DNA of 64,000 nt, from positions 54,616 to 118,615 of the forward strand of contig DASVCW010000045.1 of NCBI GenBank assembly GCA_036381435.1, in the 5' to 3' direction. Below are positions 1 to 9,835 of this stretch, piece after piece. The translations under genes and the position numbers were made by a program. The notes under the pieces are model-generated. The model was given only the letters and a program-made list of their open reading frames with translations. It had not been told where the DNA came from and made no database searches. The stretch comes from Balneolaceae bacterium. Its GTDB lineage: Bacteria; Bacteroidota; Rhodothermia; Balneolales; Balneolaceae. Within the stretch, counting starts at the first letter, position 1. Each line of letters starts with the position of its first letter.

Positions 1-1
1 C

Positions 2-820
2 TCTAATGAGGAAAAAACTTTACTCTGCCGCGGTTATGTAAAAGCGGCTGATGAAGATTCAGTTAAAGTCATAGGTACGGCGCAGGATATTACTGAGCAA
101 AAGAAACGCGAGAAAGAATTGCATGATTACAGCCAGCGGCTTCGAAACTTGTCGGGCCGAATTGAAGACGCCCGTGAGGAGGAGCGTATTTCGGTGGCTA
201 AACAAATTCATGATGAACTTGGCCAAATGCTTTCTGTGCTAAAAATGGATATTTCGCTTTTATTCGGAAGCATGTCCGGCAAAGTTAAATCGGAATTTGA
301 GGAGGTTGTAGATAAAGAAACCAGGGAAGTAATTGGGCGAATGGATAAAATTTTACAGTCCGTTCAACGCATTACCACAGAATTACGCCCCGAAGTGTTA
401 GATGATTTGGGCCTGAAAGAAGCGATCGACTGGCAGGCGAAACAGTTTGGAGAAAGAGCGGGAATTGACGTTGAAGTAAATTCTTTCGAAGGGGAAACTG
501 ATTTTCTTAATGACGGGCAGAGTTCCACTATATTTCGTATTTTTCAGGAAACGCTTACCAATATTATGCGTCATGCCGAGGCTACTTCTGTAAATGTTAA
601 TCTTAGAAAAGATAAAGATAATTTTTATCTGACTGTTAATGATAATGGGGTAGGAATTAGCCAAAAACAGTTGAAGAATTCATCATCACTCGGTATTATA
701 GGAATGCGGGAACGTTCACAATTATTGGGAGGAGACGTTGAAATTGAGGGTAATAAAGAAACGGGAACAACGGTGACTATTCGTATCCCGACGGATAAAG
801 CCGGTAACAATAAAATTTAA
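2..820 (+). CDS. PAS/PAC sensor histidine kinase, NarX/UhpB (HisKA_3) type, 5'-truncated by window edge
   Basis: Frame is open from base 2 (SNEEKTLLCRG...GTAQDITEQKKRE, a PAC-like end); H-box 'AKQIHDELGQ', N-box 'FQETLTNIMRHA', G-boxes 'DNGVG', 'LGIIGMRER', 'GTTV'. Confidence 0.92.
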   Translation, partial: SNEEKTLLCRGYVKAADEDSVKVIGTAQDITEQKKREKELHDYSQRLRNLSGRIEDAREEERISVAKQIHDELGQMLSVLKMDISLLFGSMSGKVKSEFEEVVDKETREVIGRMDKILQSVQRITTELRPEVLDDLGLKEAIDWQAKQFGERAGIDVEVNSFEGETDFLNDGQSSTIFRIFQETLTNIMRHAEATSVNVNLRKDKDNFYLTVNDNGVGISQKQLKNSSSLGIIGMRERSQLLGGDVEIEGNKETGTTVTIRIPTDKAGNNKI

Positions 821-832
821 GCGAGAGCAACC

Positions 833-1471
833 ATGATAAAAGTATTTGTAGCCGATGATCATCCATTAGTTAGGGAAGGTATGAAAAAGATGGTAAATCA
901 AAATACCATCGATATTAAGGTAATAGCAGAAGCCGAAAATGCTCACGAACTAATGGATAAACTAAGGCAGGAAGTGCCCGATATTGTAACTCTTGATATT
1001 GCTATGCCGGGTAAAAGCGGGCTTGACGTGCTTAAAGAAGTGAAAGAATTATATCCTAATCTTCCGGTTTTAATGTTGAGTATGCATCCCGAAGATCGTT
1101 TTGCTGTCCGTGCTCTAAAGGCGGGCGCTGCGGGTTACTTAACAAAGAGTAGCATTAGTGAACAACTGGTAAATGCTATTCGCAAAATTGTGGTTGAAAA
1201 GAAAAAATATATTAGTCCTGAATTGGCTGAACAGCTGGCCGAACGCGTTGATATCAATTCCAATAAACCGCCCCACGACTTGCTTTCGGATCGGGAATAT
1301 CAAATTATGTGTATGATTGCTGCCGGCGCTAAAGTAAATGATATTGCTGAAGAGCTTTCTTTAAGTACACAAACAGTTCACACCTACCGCGCCAGAATAA
1401 AGAAAAAGATGCGGTTGGAATCGAATGTAGAATTTACCCGTTATGCGTTGGAGCAGGATTTGATTGATTAA
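833..1471 (+). CDS. NarL/FixJ-family response regulator (REC + LuxR HTH)
   Basis: 'ADDHPLVREG', phosphoacceptor 'LDIAMPG', 'GYLTK', HTH 'LSDREYQ...IAEELSLSTQTVHTYRARIKKK'. Confidence 0.95.
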   Translation: MIKVFVADDHPLVREGMKKMVNQNTIDIKVIAEAENAHELMDKLRQEVPDIVTLDIAMPGKSGLDVLKEVKELYPNLPVLMLSMHPEDRFAVRALKAGAAGYLTKSSISEQLVNAIRKIVVEKKKYISPELAEQLAERVDINSNKPPHDLLSDREYQIMCMIAAGAKVNDIAEELSLSTQTVHTYRARIKKKMRLESNVEFTRYALEQDLID

Positions 1472-2513
1472 ATTGGCTGAAATTGAATTTTTAAAAGAAG
1501 AAAAACTCTGCCCCCTTGCAAAGGCTATGAAAAAATTAGAGTCAAAGTTAGTTAAGTTTTAAAAGAACAAATTCCCTGGCCCTTTATAAAGGGGAGACAT
1601 AGATTTTAGATTGGTTATAGTGAAATCTCTTGTTTTCCGTTTTAAACATAAAGAGAGTAAGAATCCTCAAAATCAGCAGGAATTCCCCTTTTCCATTCAT
1701 CGCACACAAAACCAGATGTACGAAGAGTTCTTTTATAAATGAATCTGCGAAAATTAGCTCAGTCGGCTCCATCTGTGTTCCGTTCTTATACTCCCGTCCC
1801 CGAAAATTGCTTTTCGGATAAATATCGATTTACCTATCCCTGATGATAATCAATCAAGCTAAATACTAAAGCTTGTTCAAACAAGCTTCGGAGTTAAGGC
1901 CATTGGTTTATCTGTGGACGGTAAACTGTAATCCCCTAAATAAAAATTCTGTCCATCCGGATCTAACTGCTTAATGGATGTGAGTTTCGAGATAAACTAT
2001 TCTCTCCGCTAGCGGCGGAAGATGATTATTTCATCTCGCACAGTCACCACTTTTCAAACCTTTCACAAGCTTAAGTTAATAGGTCTTAAATTCAGTAAAT
2101 ACAATTATATATACTGATTTTTTTAGTCCTTTTTATTACAATTTAGCGGGTAATTTTTACCCTACGAAATTGTAATAAATTACTGCCTTTCTTTCTGAAA
2201 AAAGTGTTACAAAATGTAGTATCAAATCTTCACAAAAAAATCCAATTTCCTTCTATGTTCCGCGGTTGTCTCCTTTTATATATTGATGATGTAATATTGA
2301 ATGCCGTCTTACCTACCGCGCTTACCGTGGTAACAGTAGTATTCAATGAAACTAAAAACATTTAAATAAGCGATACAGTTGATGGTTTTATATCCGGAAG
2401 AAGTTTCTGAAAAGCTGTATGAAGTTAATGTTTTTAAAAATAATTAGACTATCAAAGAGATGAAAGCCAGTTTTCTGGCTATTCACAAGAGAGCAGCTGA
2501 AGTTTGCTGGGGA

Positions 2514-2548
2514 AAAATAGCCCCTGTTGTTACAACAGGGGCTATTTT
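2514..2548. other. perfect 17-bp inverted repeat (1-nt centre), possible terminator or protein-binding palindrome
   Basis: aaaatagcccctgttgt-t-acaacaggggctatttt. Confidence 0.55.
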
Positions 2549-2691
2549 ATCCAAAATGACTAATCATTAAGGGAGAGACTACTTGAAACGTTTTTTATAG
2601 TCAGTGAAGCTTTGGGTATGAAATTATTTCTGGAAATGATAATAAACTTCGGTACCGCAATAGAATTGAGGGAATAAGAAGAAGTAGAACA

Positions 2692-3336
2692 ATGATTAAA
2701 ATAATACTTGCTGATGACCATCCGCTGGTACGTGAAGGAGTTGAAAAAGTGCTTAAAAATGAAGACTTACATTTTGAGTTACGTTCTGTTGCAGATTCAA
2801 AAGAACTTATGAATCAATTAGAAAACGAACTGCCGGATTTATTGATTTTAGATATTGCCATGCCTGGCAAAAGCGGTCTGGATATTTTGAAAGAAGTACA
2901 CCAGAAGTATGAAGAATTGCCGGTATTGATGCTTAGCATGCATCCCGAAGAGCGGTTTGCAGTACGGACGATCAAATCGGGTGCCTACGGTTATTTGAAT
3001 AAAAGAAGTGTAACAGAAGAACTGGTTCAGGCCGTGAAAACAATCGTAGAAAAAAAGAAACGGTACATCAGCGAATCTGTAGCCGAACAGCTTGCCCTGG
3101 ATATCAATTCCGATCATTTGGATGCTCCACACGAGAAATTGTCTGATCGGGAATTTCAGGTGATGCGAAATATAGCGGCAGGTAAAAAGGCAAAAGAAAT
3201 AGCTGAAGAACTTAATTTAAGTGTTCGCACCATTCATACATATCGGCTGAGAATGATGGAAAAAATGAATCTTAAATCGGATGTAGCCATCACCCGTTAT
3301 GCAATGGCGCATCATTTAATTGATGATGAGCCTTAA
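2692..3336 (+). CDS. second NarL/FixJ-family response regulator, paralog of 833..1471
   Basis: Same REC and LuxR motifs; shares 'DIAMPGKSGLD.LKEV' and 'LPVLMLSMHPE.RFAVR' with the first copy. Confidence 0.95.
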   Translation: MIKIILADDHPLVREGVEKVLKNEDLHFELRSVADSKELMNQLENELPDLLILDIAMPGKSGLDILKEVHQKYEELPVLMLSMHPEERFAVRTIKSGAYGYLNKRSVTEELVQAVKTIVEKKKRYISESVAEQLALDINSDHLDAPHEKLSDREFQVMRNIAAGKKAKEIAEELNLSVRTIHTYRLRMMEKMNLKSDVAITRYAMAHHLIDDEP

Positions 3337-3591
3337 AGGCAAAGAATTGATTGACAAATGAAGCGGTTAACTTCTCAATACAACAAAAATTAACATTAAA
3401 AAAACAAAGCAGGAGGTTAAAATTGAAATAATACTTTTATAACAATTCCTATTATCAAATTTGTTAAGAAACAATTTAAAGATTAATAAGTAAATAATTT
3501 TAACTGCGGCATTATCCGTTTCCCGGGAGTCAAAGAGTATTTAGTTGAAACTGATAATGAACAGGATTTAATGGAGAGGAAAGTATAAATC

Positions 3592-4626
3592 ATGGAAGAC
3601 GTGAAAAGCAGAGATTCCAAACTAAAACAATTTGATCATTCGTCGGGCGGGAGTAAAAAGCCTGTTCTTATCACTCAAAATCCCATTATGAAGGAGCTTG
3701 TCTCCAAAATAAAGCTGGTGGCGAAAACCAAAGCAACACTGCTTATCACCGGAGAGAACGGTACGGGAAAAGAAGTGCTGGCACGTTTGGTTCACTACTA
3801 CAGTTCCCGGAGTAAAAAGCCAATGGTTACTATTAATTGTGGAGCTATTCCGTCTGAATTGGTTGAGAGTGAGCTGTTTGGACATGAAAAAGGGGCTTTT
3901 ACCGGTGCTCAGGGCCAAAAGGAAGGCTGCTTTGAGTTAGCTCATAACGGTACTTTATTTTTAGATGAAGTTGGTGAAATGTCGAAAGCAATTCAGGTTA
4001 AGTTATTGCGGGCTGTAGAATTAGGATCATTTCGAAGAGTAGGCGGCAAAGAAGAAATTAACGTTGATGTAAGCCTTATCTCTGCTACAAATAAGATCTT
4101 AATTGACCAAGTAAAGTCGGGAGATTTTCGTGAAGATTTATTCTACCGGCTGAATGTTATTGAACTTTACGTGCCTCCTCTCCGCCATCGAAAGGAAGAT
4201 ATTCCTCTTCTGGTTTCCTATTTCCTCAATCATTTTACCGACTTGTATAATATAAATGAAATTGAATTTTCTGATGAATGCATGGCTATGTTTATGGCTT
4301 ACGACTGGCCGGGTAATGTACGCGAATTAAAAAATATTGTGGAACGCTGTGTAGTTTTATCGGGGGGAGAAAATATAGGTCCGAATTCTATTCCATCACG
4401 CATTCACCGGGGTGAAAATATTTACCCGGTTTGTAACGGTAACGGCCTTAATAATGTGATTCAAATTCCTATAGGTACCAGTTTAGAAGAAGTAGAACGA
4501 AGAGTTATTGACCAAACGCTTTATTCGGTTGATAATAATAAAACAGAAGCGGCCAAGATTTTAGGCTTCAGCAGAAAAACACTTCATAATAAGCTGGATA
4601 AATATGGACGAAGCAGTAATGCATGA
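3592..4626 (+). CDS. sigma-54-dependent enhancer-binding activator (AAA+ plus Fis HTH) with no N-terminal regulatory domain
   Basis: Walker A 'GENGTGKE', 'ESELFGHEKGAFTGA', Walker B 'LFLDEVGE', 'FREDLFYRLNV', 'WPGNVREL', C-terminal 'NKTEAAKILGFSRKTLHNKL'. Confidence 0.95.
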   Translation: MEDVKSRDSKLKQFDHSSGGSKKPVLITQNPIMKELVSKIKLVAKTKATLLITGENGTGKEVLARLVHYYSSRSKKPMVTINCGAIPSELVESELFGHEKGAFTGAQGQKEGCFELAHNGTLFLDEVGEMSKAIQVKLLRAVELGSFRRVGGKEEINVDVSLISATNKILIDQVKSGDFREDLFYRLNVIELYVPPLRHRKEDIPLLVSYFLNHFTDLYNINEIEFSDECMAMFMAYDWPGNVRELKNIVERCVVLSGGENIGPNSIPSRIHRGENIYPVCNGNGLNNVIQIPIGTSLEEVERRVIDQTLYSVDNNKTEAAKILGFSRKTLHNKLDKYGRSSNA

Positions 4627-4673
4627 AGTGTAGGCTGCAATTATTTTAATAAGCTTCAATTTACCAAAAAGAT

Positions 4674-4849
4674 CATCCCCCTGCGCCCCCTTCAAAGGGG
4701 GAGGAAAGTTCCGCTGATGAAATCAGCGGATAAACTTGCCATTAAAACTTAGAACTACTGAAAAACAGACTGAATTATTGCAAATAATTCAGTTTAAGTC
4801 CCCCTTTTGCCGAAGGCATTCCTACGGAAGAAGGGGGTTAGGGGGATGG
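4674..4849. repeat. family A modular palindromic element (MITE/REPIN-like)
   Basis: Ends catccccct...agggggatg; internal hairpins cccccttcaaaggggg, ccgctgatgaaatcagcgg, ctgaattattgcaaataattcag; related copies at 12470, 26141, 39876. Confidence 0.8.
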
Positions 4850-4915
4850 CCCTTACGGTTAAAAAACGTGAGTCCAGAATAAGAATCCTCACCTTAAACT
4901 GATATAGTTTTCTAT

Positions 4916-4992
4916 GTACATCGAAGCGCCTGCTTCGATCAGCATCTCTTCTAATTAAGGGTACTCTTTCCCAGGCAGGGCGCTTGGGTTAC
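4916..4992. repeat. inverted pair of short REP-like hairpins
   Basis: gtac-atcgaagc-gcct-gcttcgat and cccaggcagggcgcttggg-ttac; related single copy at 31665..31687. Confidence 0.55.
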
Positions 4993-5013
4993 ATTTCTAA
5001 TTTTCCTTAAAAT

Positions 5014-5044
5014 AGCAAAGGCCGGTTTTTCGCCGGCCTTTGCT
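5014..5044 (-). terminator. hairpin downstream of the GH5 gene, probable terminator
   Basis: agcaaaggccgg-tttttcg-ccggcctttgct, 12-bp stem, 25 bp past the stop at 5069; U-tract weak. Confidence 0.6.
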
Positions 5045-5068
5045 GTAGATGATATGTTTATTTTAAAT

Positions 5069-7195
5069 TTATTTGCTGTTACTCATGGCTTCGATGTGAG
5101 CTTTAAATGCATTGTAAAGCTCAGCATCTTGCCTTCCGCTTGGCCAGCAAATGTTGCCGCCGTATTCATAACACTTCACATGGTCAATAGTCAACTGCCA
5201 GATTAAACTACCATCGAGTTCAATTTTCTCGGCGGTTTCCCACATATCTTTATAGACCTGTAGCTGAGTGTTATCTCCCCAACCTACATATCCATATTCA
5301 CCCAGTACAAATGGTTTACCTACTTTTTCGGCAATATTTGAAAGGTCAGTAATCCAGGCTCGCTGCGCAGCTATTAGTTCAGAAGTGCTTCTGCCGGCAT
5401 AGCCCCAGTTTGAAGGATACCAGTGCGCCCCTCCGTAGTCAATTTCAGGGATGCTTGTGTTTAGCGTATAGCTCGTACCTAACTCAGCCCGAAGCGGGTA
5501 AGTATTAGCATATTGGCCTACAGAGTAATCAGCGGTTATCGCGGAACCAAATCCTTCTTCACCCGTGGTAACCATGTGATTTGGATCGATAGATTTAATA
5601 TACTGTGCCATTTCCTGGTACCAGTCTCTAAGTTGCTGGGGAGTTCCGTTAGGCATACGTCCTTCATTCATAATTTCCCAGGAGAAGATAGCGGATGAGT
5701 TTTTATACTTTACTCCGGTAACAGTATTGGTACGGTTTAACAGCATTTTGACGTAGTCTTTGAACCATCGCTGGGTATCTGGGTCGTTAATGAAATGCTT
5801 CATTCCACCGCCGGCGTTGCCATCCCATTCGTTATACTGTGGCATACCGCCTAACTCGTGCCAGTAATTAATCAAGGCAACAACAAACCGGATGCCATGT
5901 TCCTTTCCTTTAGCAATTACCTGGTCAAGGTAGCGTAAAGCCTGTTCGTTATACTGGCCCGGTTTCGGCTGTATAGTGATATCATTACCGTATTGAGGAG
6001 CTCCGTCATAAAAACCCCAGATTCGAATCACTTTTACGCCTGCTTCTTCAAAAGCCTCAAGGGTATTGGTAACAAACGTATCATTAATTTTTTGATAAGT
6101 AGGCAGGTAATAAGCATTCGTGCCGGCAAAACGGAAGACTTCACCGTTCAACATAAAATCGCCATTAGAAGCTGTAACTATTCCTTCGGCAGAGGTTGTG
6201 GGCGGTGGGGTTGATACTGCTGCTCCTTCGGTTGTAAATTCATAAATGGCAGACCAGTTTTCGTTATTTTCATCTGCAGCAACTTGAACTCTCCAATAAT
6301 AGGTTTGACTATTTTTAAGATCAGCAACTTCGTAAGAAGGGTCAGAAATCATTTCATCAACTATGGGAGAAGCAAAAGCTTTATCGGTTGCTAATTGAAC
6401 CTGATAAACATCGATGCTTGATTCCTCTTCCCATTTAAGGGTCACTTTGGTGGGTTGATCAGTAGCTTCATTTTCCGGTGAAGTAAGTACAACAGATCCC
6501 GCAGCTTTGGTTCCTGTTTCGAAACTAAACGTGTCAGACCATGCTGTTTCTTCATTCTCAACTACAGGCTTAACACGCCAGTAATAAGTAGTTTGAGTGG
6601 AAACTTCGGTGGTCTGGAAGGCGGCTTCCTGCACTTCTTCTTCAACAACGATGGAGCTGAAATTTTGATCGGTAGCAAGCTGCAAATTATAAGCTGATGC
6701 CGTTGCAACGGTAGTCCATTGCAGTTTAGCATTGGTAGGCACCTTGGTTGCCCCGTCTTTAGGAGATTGCAGTGATGTTGTTACCGGCTCTGAATTTTCA
6801 GCCTCAGCAGCGGTATTAAACATAGAAGTTTCTGACCAAGGACCTTCTTCATTTTGAAGCAGCGGCCTTACTTTCCAGAAAACAGTAGTATCGCCCGGAA
6901 GCGCAGTAACTTTAAAGCTGGTTGAATCAGCTGTGCCGTCAACAATCGGAGATGAAAAATCTTCGGTCGTAGATAACTGTATTTGATAAGAGGTAGCTTG
7001 GTCAACTTTACTCCATTCAAAAGTAAGTGAAGTTGACTCTTTAGAACCATTCTCGGGAGCCAGCAATTGAGGCTGACCTAAATTTTGTTCCTGGCCCAGT
7101 TCTGGTTCTAGGATTGGGGTGACTGAATCTCCGCACTGTACAAAAGCAAGAAGTATAAATATACCGGCGAAGATATTGATTAGTTTAGATTTCAT
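5069..7195 (-). CDS. GH5 glycoside hydrolase (mannanase-like) lipoprotein with three N-terminal fibronectin-III-like repeats
   Basis: Lipobox 'LAFVQC'; three repeats '...Y.LQLATD..F..PIV....YYWRV.P'; GH5 'FAGTNAYY', acid/base 'WEIMNEG', nucleophile 'VLGEYG'. Confidence 0.88.
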   Translation of the reverse strand: MKSKLINIFAGIFILLAFVQCGDSVTPILEPELGQEQNLGQPQLLAPENGSKESTSLTFEWSKVDQATSYQIQLSTTEDFSSPIVDGTADSTSFKVTALPGDTTVFWKVRPLLQNEEGPWSETSMFNTAAEAENSEPVTTSLQSPKDGATKVPTNAKLQWTTVATASAYNLQLATDQNFSSIVVEEEVQEAAFQTTEVSTQTTYYWRVKPVVENEETAWSDTFSFETGTKAAGSVVLTSPENEATDQPTKVTLKWEEESSIDVYQVQLATDKAFASPIVDEMISDPSYEVADLKNSQTYYWRVQVAADENNENWSAIYEFTTEGAAVSTPPPTTSAEGIVTASNGDFMLNGEVFRFAGTNAYYLPTYQKINDTFVTNTLEAFEEAGVKVIRIWGFYDGAPQYGNDITIQPKPGQYNEQALRYLDQVIAKGKEHGIRFVVALINYWHELGGMPQYNEWDGNAGGGMKHFINDPDTQRWFKDYVKMLLNRTNTVTGVKYKNSSAIFSWEIMNEGRMPNGTPQQLRDWYQEMAQYIKSIDPNHMVTTGEEGFGSAITADYSVGQYANTYPLRAELGTSYTLNTSIPEIDYGGAHWYPSNWGYAGRSTSELIAAQRAWITDLSNIAEKVGKPFVLGEYGYVGWGDNTQLQVYKDMWETAEKIELDGSLIWQLTIDHVKCYEYGGNICWPSGRQDAELYNAFKAHIEAMSNSK

Positions 7196-7656
7196 GTTAG
7201 GCTTTATTTTTTTGGGGTTTAGTAAGACAGAAAAAGCCGTTCTTTCCTGTCTTGCCGTTAAGTAGATGTAAATTTAAAAGAAACAGTGAGCTACAATATT
7301 GCTGACATTTCTTTGTCGAAAAATATTGCAGTTGCTTTGCACCAATTAACACAAGCATGTTGCGTTAATTATTACAAAGATCTTTCATACCCGCGCAATC
7401 AAAAAGTTGTTCCCAAACTATAGATAATATTAAGCTTAGACGTGCTGCTTCTTCTGCCTTCGTAAAAAGATGGCTTACAAAGATTTACAGTTCAGGAAGC
7501 AGGGAGAAGGGGAAGGAAGAAGAAAAAAAATCGAAAAAAAATTAAAACTTTTTAGAAAAAGGTGTGCATTTTCGTGTTCATATTGTTCGCATGCAAACGT
7601 AATAACAGTTGAAAGGGCTTGTAATAAATATTGAAGATCAGGGTAATATTTTGAAC

Positions 7657-7693
7657 AAAAAAAGCCCCTTCCGAAGAGAAATCCGGAAGGGGC
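7657..7693 (-). terminator. Rho-independent terminator after the second GH5
   Basis: Minus strand: gccccttccg-loop-cggaaggggc followed by 7 T. Confidence 0.8.
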
Positions 7694-7796
7694 CTGGGTT
7701 GTGCCGTCTGATAAAATGGAGGAGAGAAAGTCTTAAAAATTTAAGCTCCTTTCATATTCACCCGACCGCAAGACCACGCCCGGATGGTAAGACTTT

Positions 7797-9056
7797 TTAT
7801 AGCTTATTCATCTGCTCTGTATGTGTAACAAATTCATTATATAATACTTCATCACCTCTTCCGCCGGGCCAGCAGATATTGCCGCCATACTCCTTACATT
7901 TTGTTTTATCGGCTGTAAGCTGCCATAGAAGACTTCCATCAAGCTTAATTCTTTCAGCCTGATCCCAAAGATTGTAATAAAAAGTCTCAACCTGGCTGTT
8001 GCCCCAGCCCGGAAATCCATATTCGCCCAGTACAAAAGGCTTGCCGAGGTTTTCCGCAATTTGAACATGATCGTTTATCCACGCGCGTTGAGATTTCATC
8101 ATCGCCTCGTTGACCTCTTCGCCTAATCCCCACTCCGTTGGATACCAGTGAGCGGTTCCATAATCAATCTCGGGAATAGCAGTATTCATCTTATAGCTGG
8201 TGCCCCTCTTAGCGCGAAGAACATAGGTACTGCTATATTGATCGGCAGAATATTCAGGCGGAACTCCTTCATCAAATCCCTCTTCGCCGGTTGCCACCAT
8301 ATGATTGGAATCAATAGATTTTATATATCGCGCAATCTCCTGGTACCAGTCTCTTAACTCTGCGGCAGTCCCTTTAGGCAAACGACCTTCATTTATGATC
8401 TCCCAAGAGAAGATAGCGGGGGAGTTTTTATATTTCACTCCTGTTACCGTGTTAGTTCTATTCAACAGCATTTTGATATAATCCTTGTACCACCGCTGAG
8501 TATCGGGATCGTTAATGAAATGTTTCATACCCGCATTCGGATGGCCATCCCATTCGTTGTACTGGCGTATACCGCCTAACTGTTTCCAAAAATTTGTAAG
8601 GGTGATGATAAAGCGAATCCCATGCTTTTTGCCCTGGGCGATTACCTTATCAAGATAGCGCAGTGCCTGTTCGTTATACTGACCCGGTTTGGGTTGTATG
8701 GTGATGTCGTTATTGTATTGGGGAGGGCCGTCATAAAATCCCCACATGCGAACTACTTTTATTCCGGACTTTTTAAAAAGGTCGAAGGTTTTACTTACTA
8801 ATTGAGGATTTATCTTTTGGTAGTTCGGTAAGTAGTAAGCATTGGTTCCGGAAAAATGGAAGCGCTCACCGTTAAGAACAAAATTCCCATTTTTAGCGCT
8901 TACAAAAGATCCGCTTACAGGATCAGAAACTTCAGGGAGAGGAGAGGGTTTTTTAGGCGCATCAACCGCCCGGTTTGATTCTGTTCCGGTTAAAGAATCG
9001 CATTGCACAAAAGTGAGTACCATCAATAAGGTTACAAGTATGTTGATAATTCTCAT
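7797..9056 (-). CDS. GH5 glycoside hydrolase (mannanase-like) lipoprotein
   Basis: Lipobox 'LTFVQC'; 'WEIINEG' and 'VLGEYG' catalytic motifs; paralog of 5069 and 9836. Confidence 0.88.
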   Translation of the reverse strand: MRIINILVTLLMVLTFVQCDSLTGTESNRAVDAPKKPSPLPEVSDPVSGSFVSAKNGNFVLNGERFHFSGTNAYYLPNYQKINPQLVSKTFDLFKKSGIKVVRMWGFYDGPPQYNNDITIQPKPGQYNEQALRYLDKVIAQGKKHGIRFIITLTNFWKQLGGIRQYNEWDGHPNAGMKHFINDPDTQRWYKDYIKMLLNRTNTVTGVKYKNSPAIFSWEIINEGRLPKGTAAELRDWYQEIARYIKSIDSNHMVATGEEGFDEGVPPEYSADQYSSTYVLRAKRGTSYKMNTAIPEIDYGTAHWYPTEWGLGEEVNEAMMKSQRAWINDHVQIAENLGKPFVLGEYGFPGWGNSQVETFYYNLWDQAERIKLDGSLLWQLTADKTKCKEYGGNICWPGGRGDEVLYNEFVTHTEQMNKL

Positions 9057-9372
9057 ATTAATAAATTATAATTTGTTGGATAGTATTTTGTTTAGTTTTA
9101 TTACCACCATGTAACTATAATAATTACAACATATTGTGCGTAAATTCTTACATAGTAAATTTTTTTATTTTACAAAGTATGATGGAGATAAGAGACAAAA
9201 GAATAGAAGAATAAATGAGGGGATTTTTGCCATTTTTAATGGAAGCAGAAGAGGGGAGAGAATTTTGAAAAGGGAGTGGGATTCTAAAACTATGAGCGTC
9301 GGTATCTATAAACGAAAGAGTCATTTAGTAGGATGGGTTGCCAACCCGGCGAAGGAAAGAGTAACTATTAAC

Positions 9373-9657
9373 TTAACGTGAGTTCGAGATAAGATTATTT
9401 CTGCATAAAATCCCGAAGGGATTGAACGTGAATAGCCCCGAATAGGCCGAAGGCATAATTCGGGGTTAAAAAAATAACATGACAAACCCCAAAGGGGTTG
9501 AACCTGCCCGTGTATTCAACCCCTTTGGGGTTGTGGTAGCGCCTGTATTAAATCACCGGATTTTATCCGGTGCTATTCACATTAAAGCCCTTCGGGTTTG
9601 ATTTTGTGCAATAATAATTTAACCAGATCATAGTTGCTTATCTTGAACTCACGTTAA
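9373..9657. mobile_element. non-autonomous element, family B (TIR TTAACGTGAGTTCGAGATAAG) carrying a palindromic cargo
   Basis: 21-bp terminal inverted repeats with 1 mismatch; internal cccgaagggattgaac...aacccctttgggg...caccggattttatccggtg; second copy at 25821..26123. Confidence 0.75.
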
Positions 9658-9810
9658 AATAGAAGTGTAAACCATGTCCCGGAACACCTGTAAAGGATGT
9701 TCCCGGTCTATAGATGGAGAAGGGTCAGGGGGATTGAAAAACCAAGATCTCGATCTATGATGTAAAACCCTATCCCTGCTGCCCAGAACAAATAGCACAA
9801 CGCTTGTAAC

Positions 9811-9834
9811 TGTCGGGCAGGATGCCCGACCTAC
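9811..9834 (-). repeat. GTAG-type REP hairpin
   Basis: Minus strand GTAG-GTCGGGCA-TCC-TGCCCGAC directly after the GH5 stop. Confidence 0.65.
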
Positions 9835-9835
9835 A

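Noticed and set aside
1584-1860. ORFs 1584..1772 and 1630..1821, or a decayed endonuclease (DUF559-like) gene
   Set aside because: No recognisable motif; resemblance limited to a few residues across stop codons.
2382-2447. 21-codon ORF MVLYPEEVSEKLYEVNVFKNN before the 2514 palindrome
   Set aside because: Too short, with no coupling or homology evidence.
9110-9128. TGTAA-N9-TTACA palindrome (also at 48225..48243) as a second operator
   Set aside because: Only two instances, in unrelated contexts and AT-rich DNA; insufficient support.
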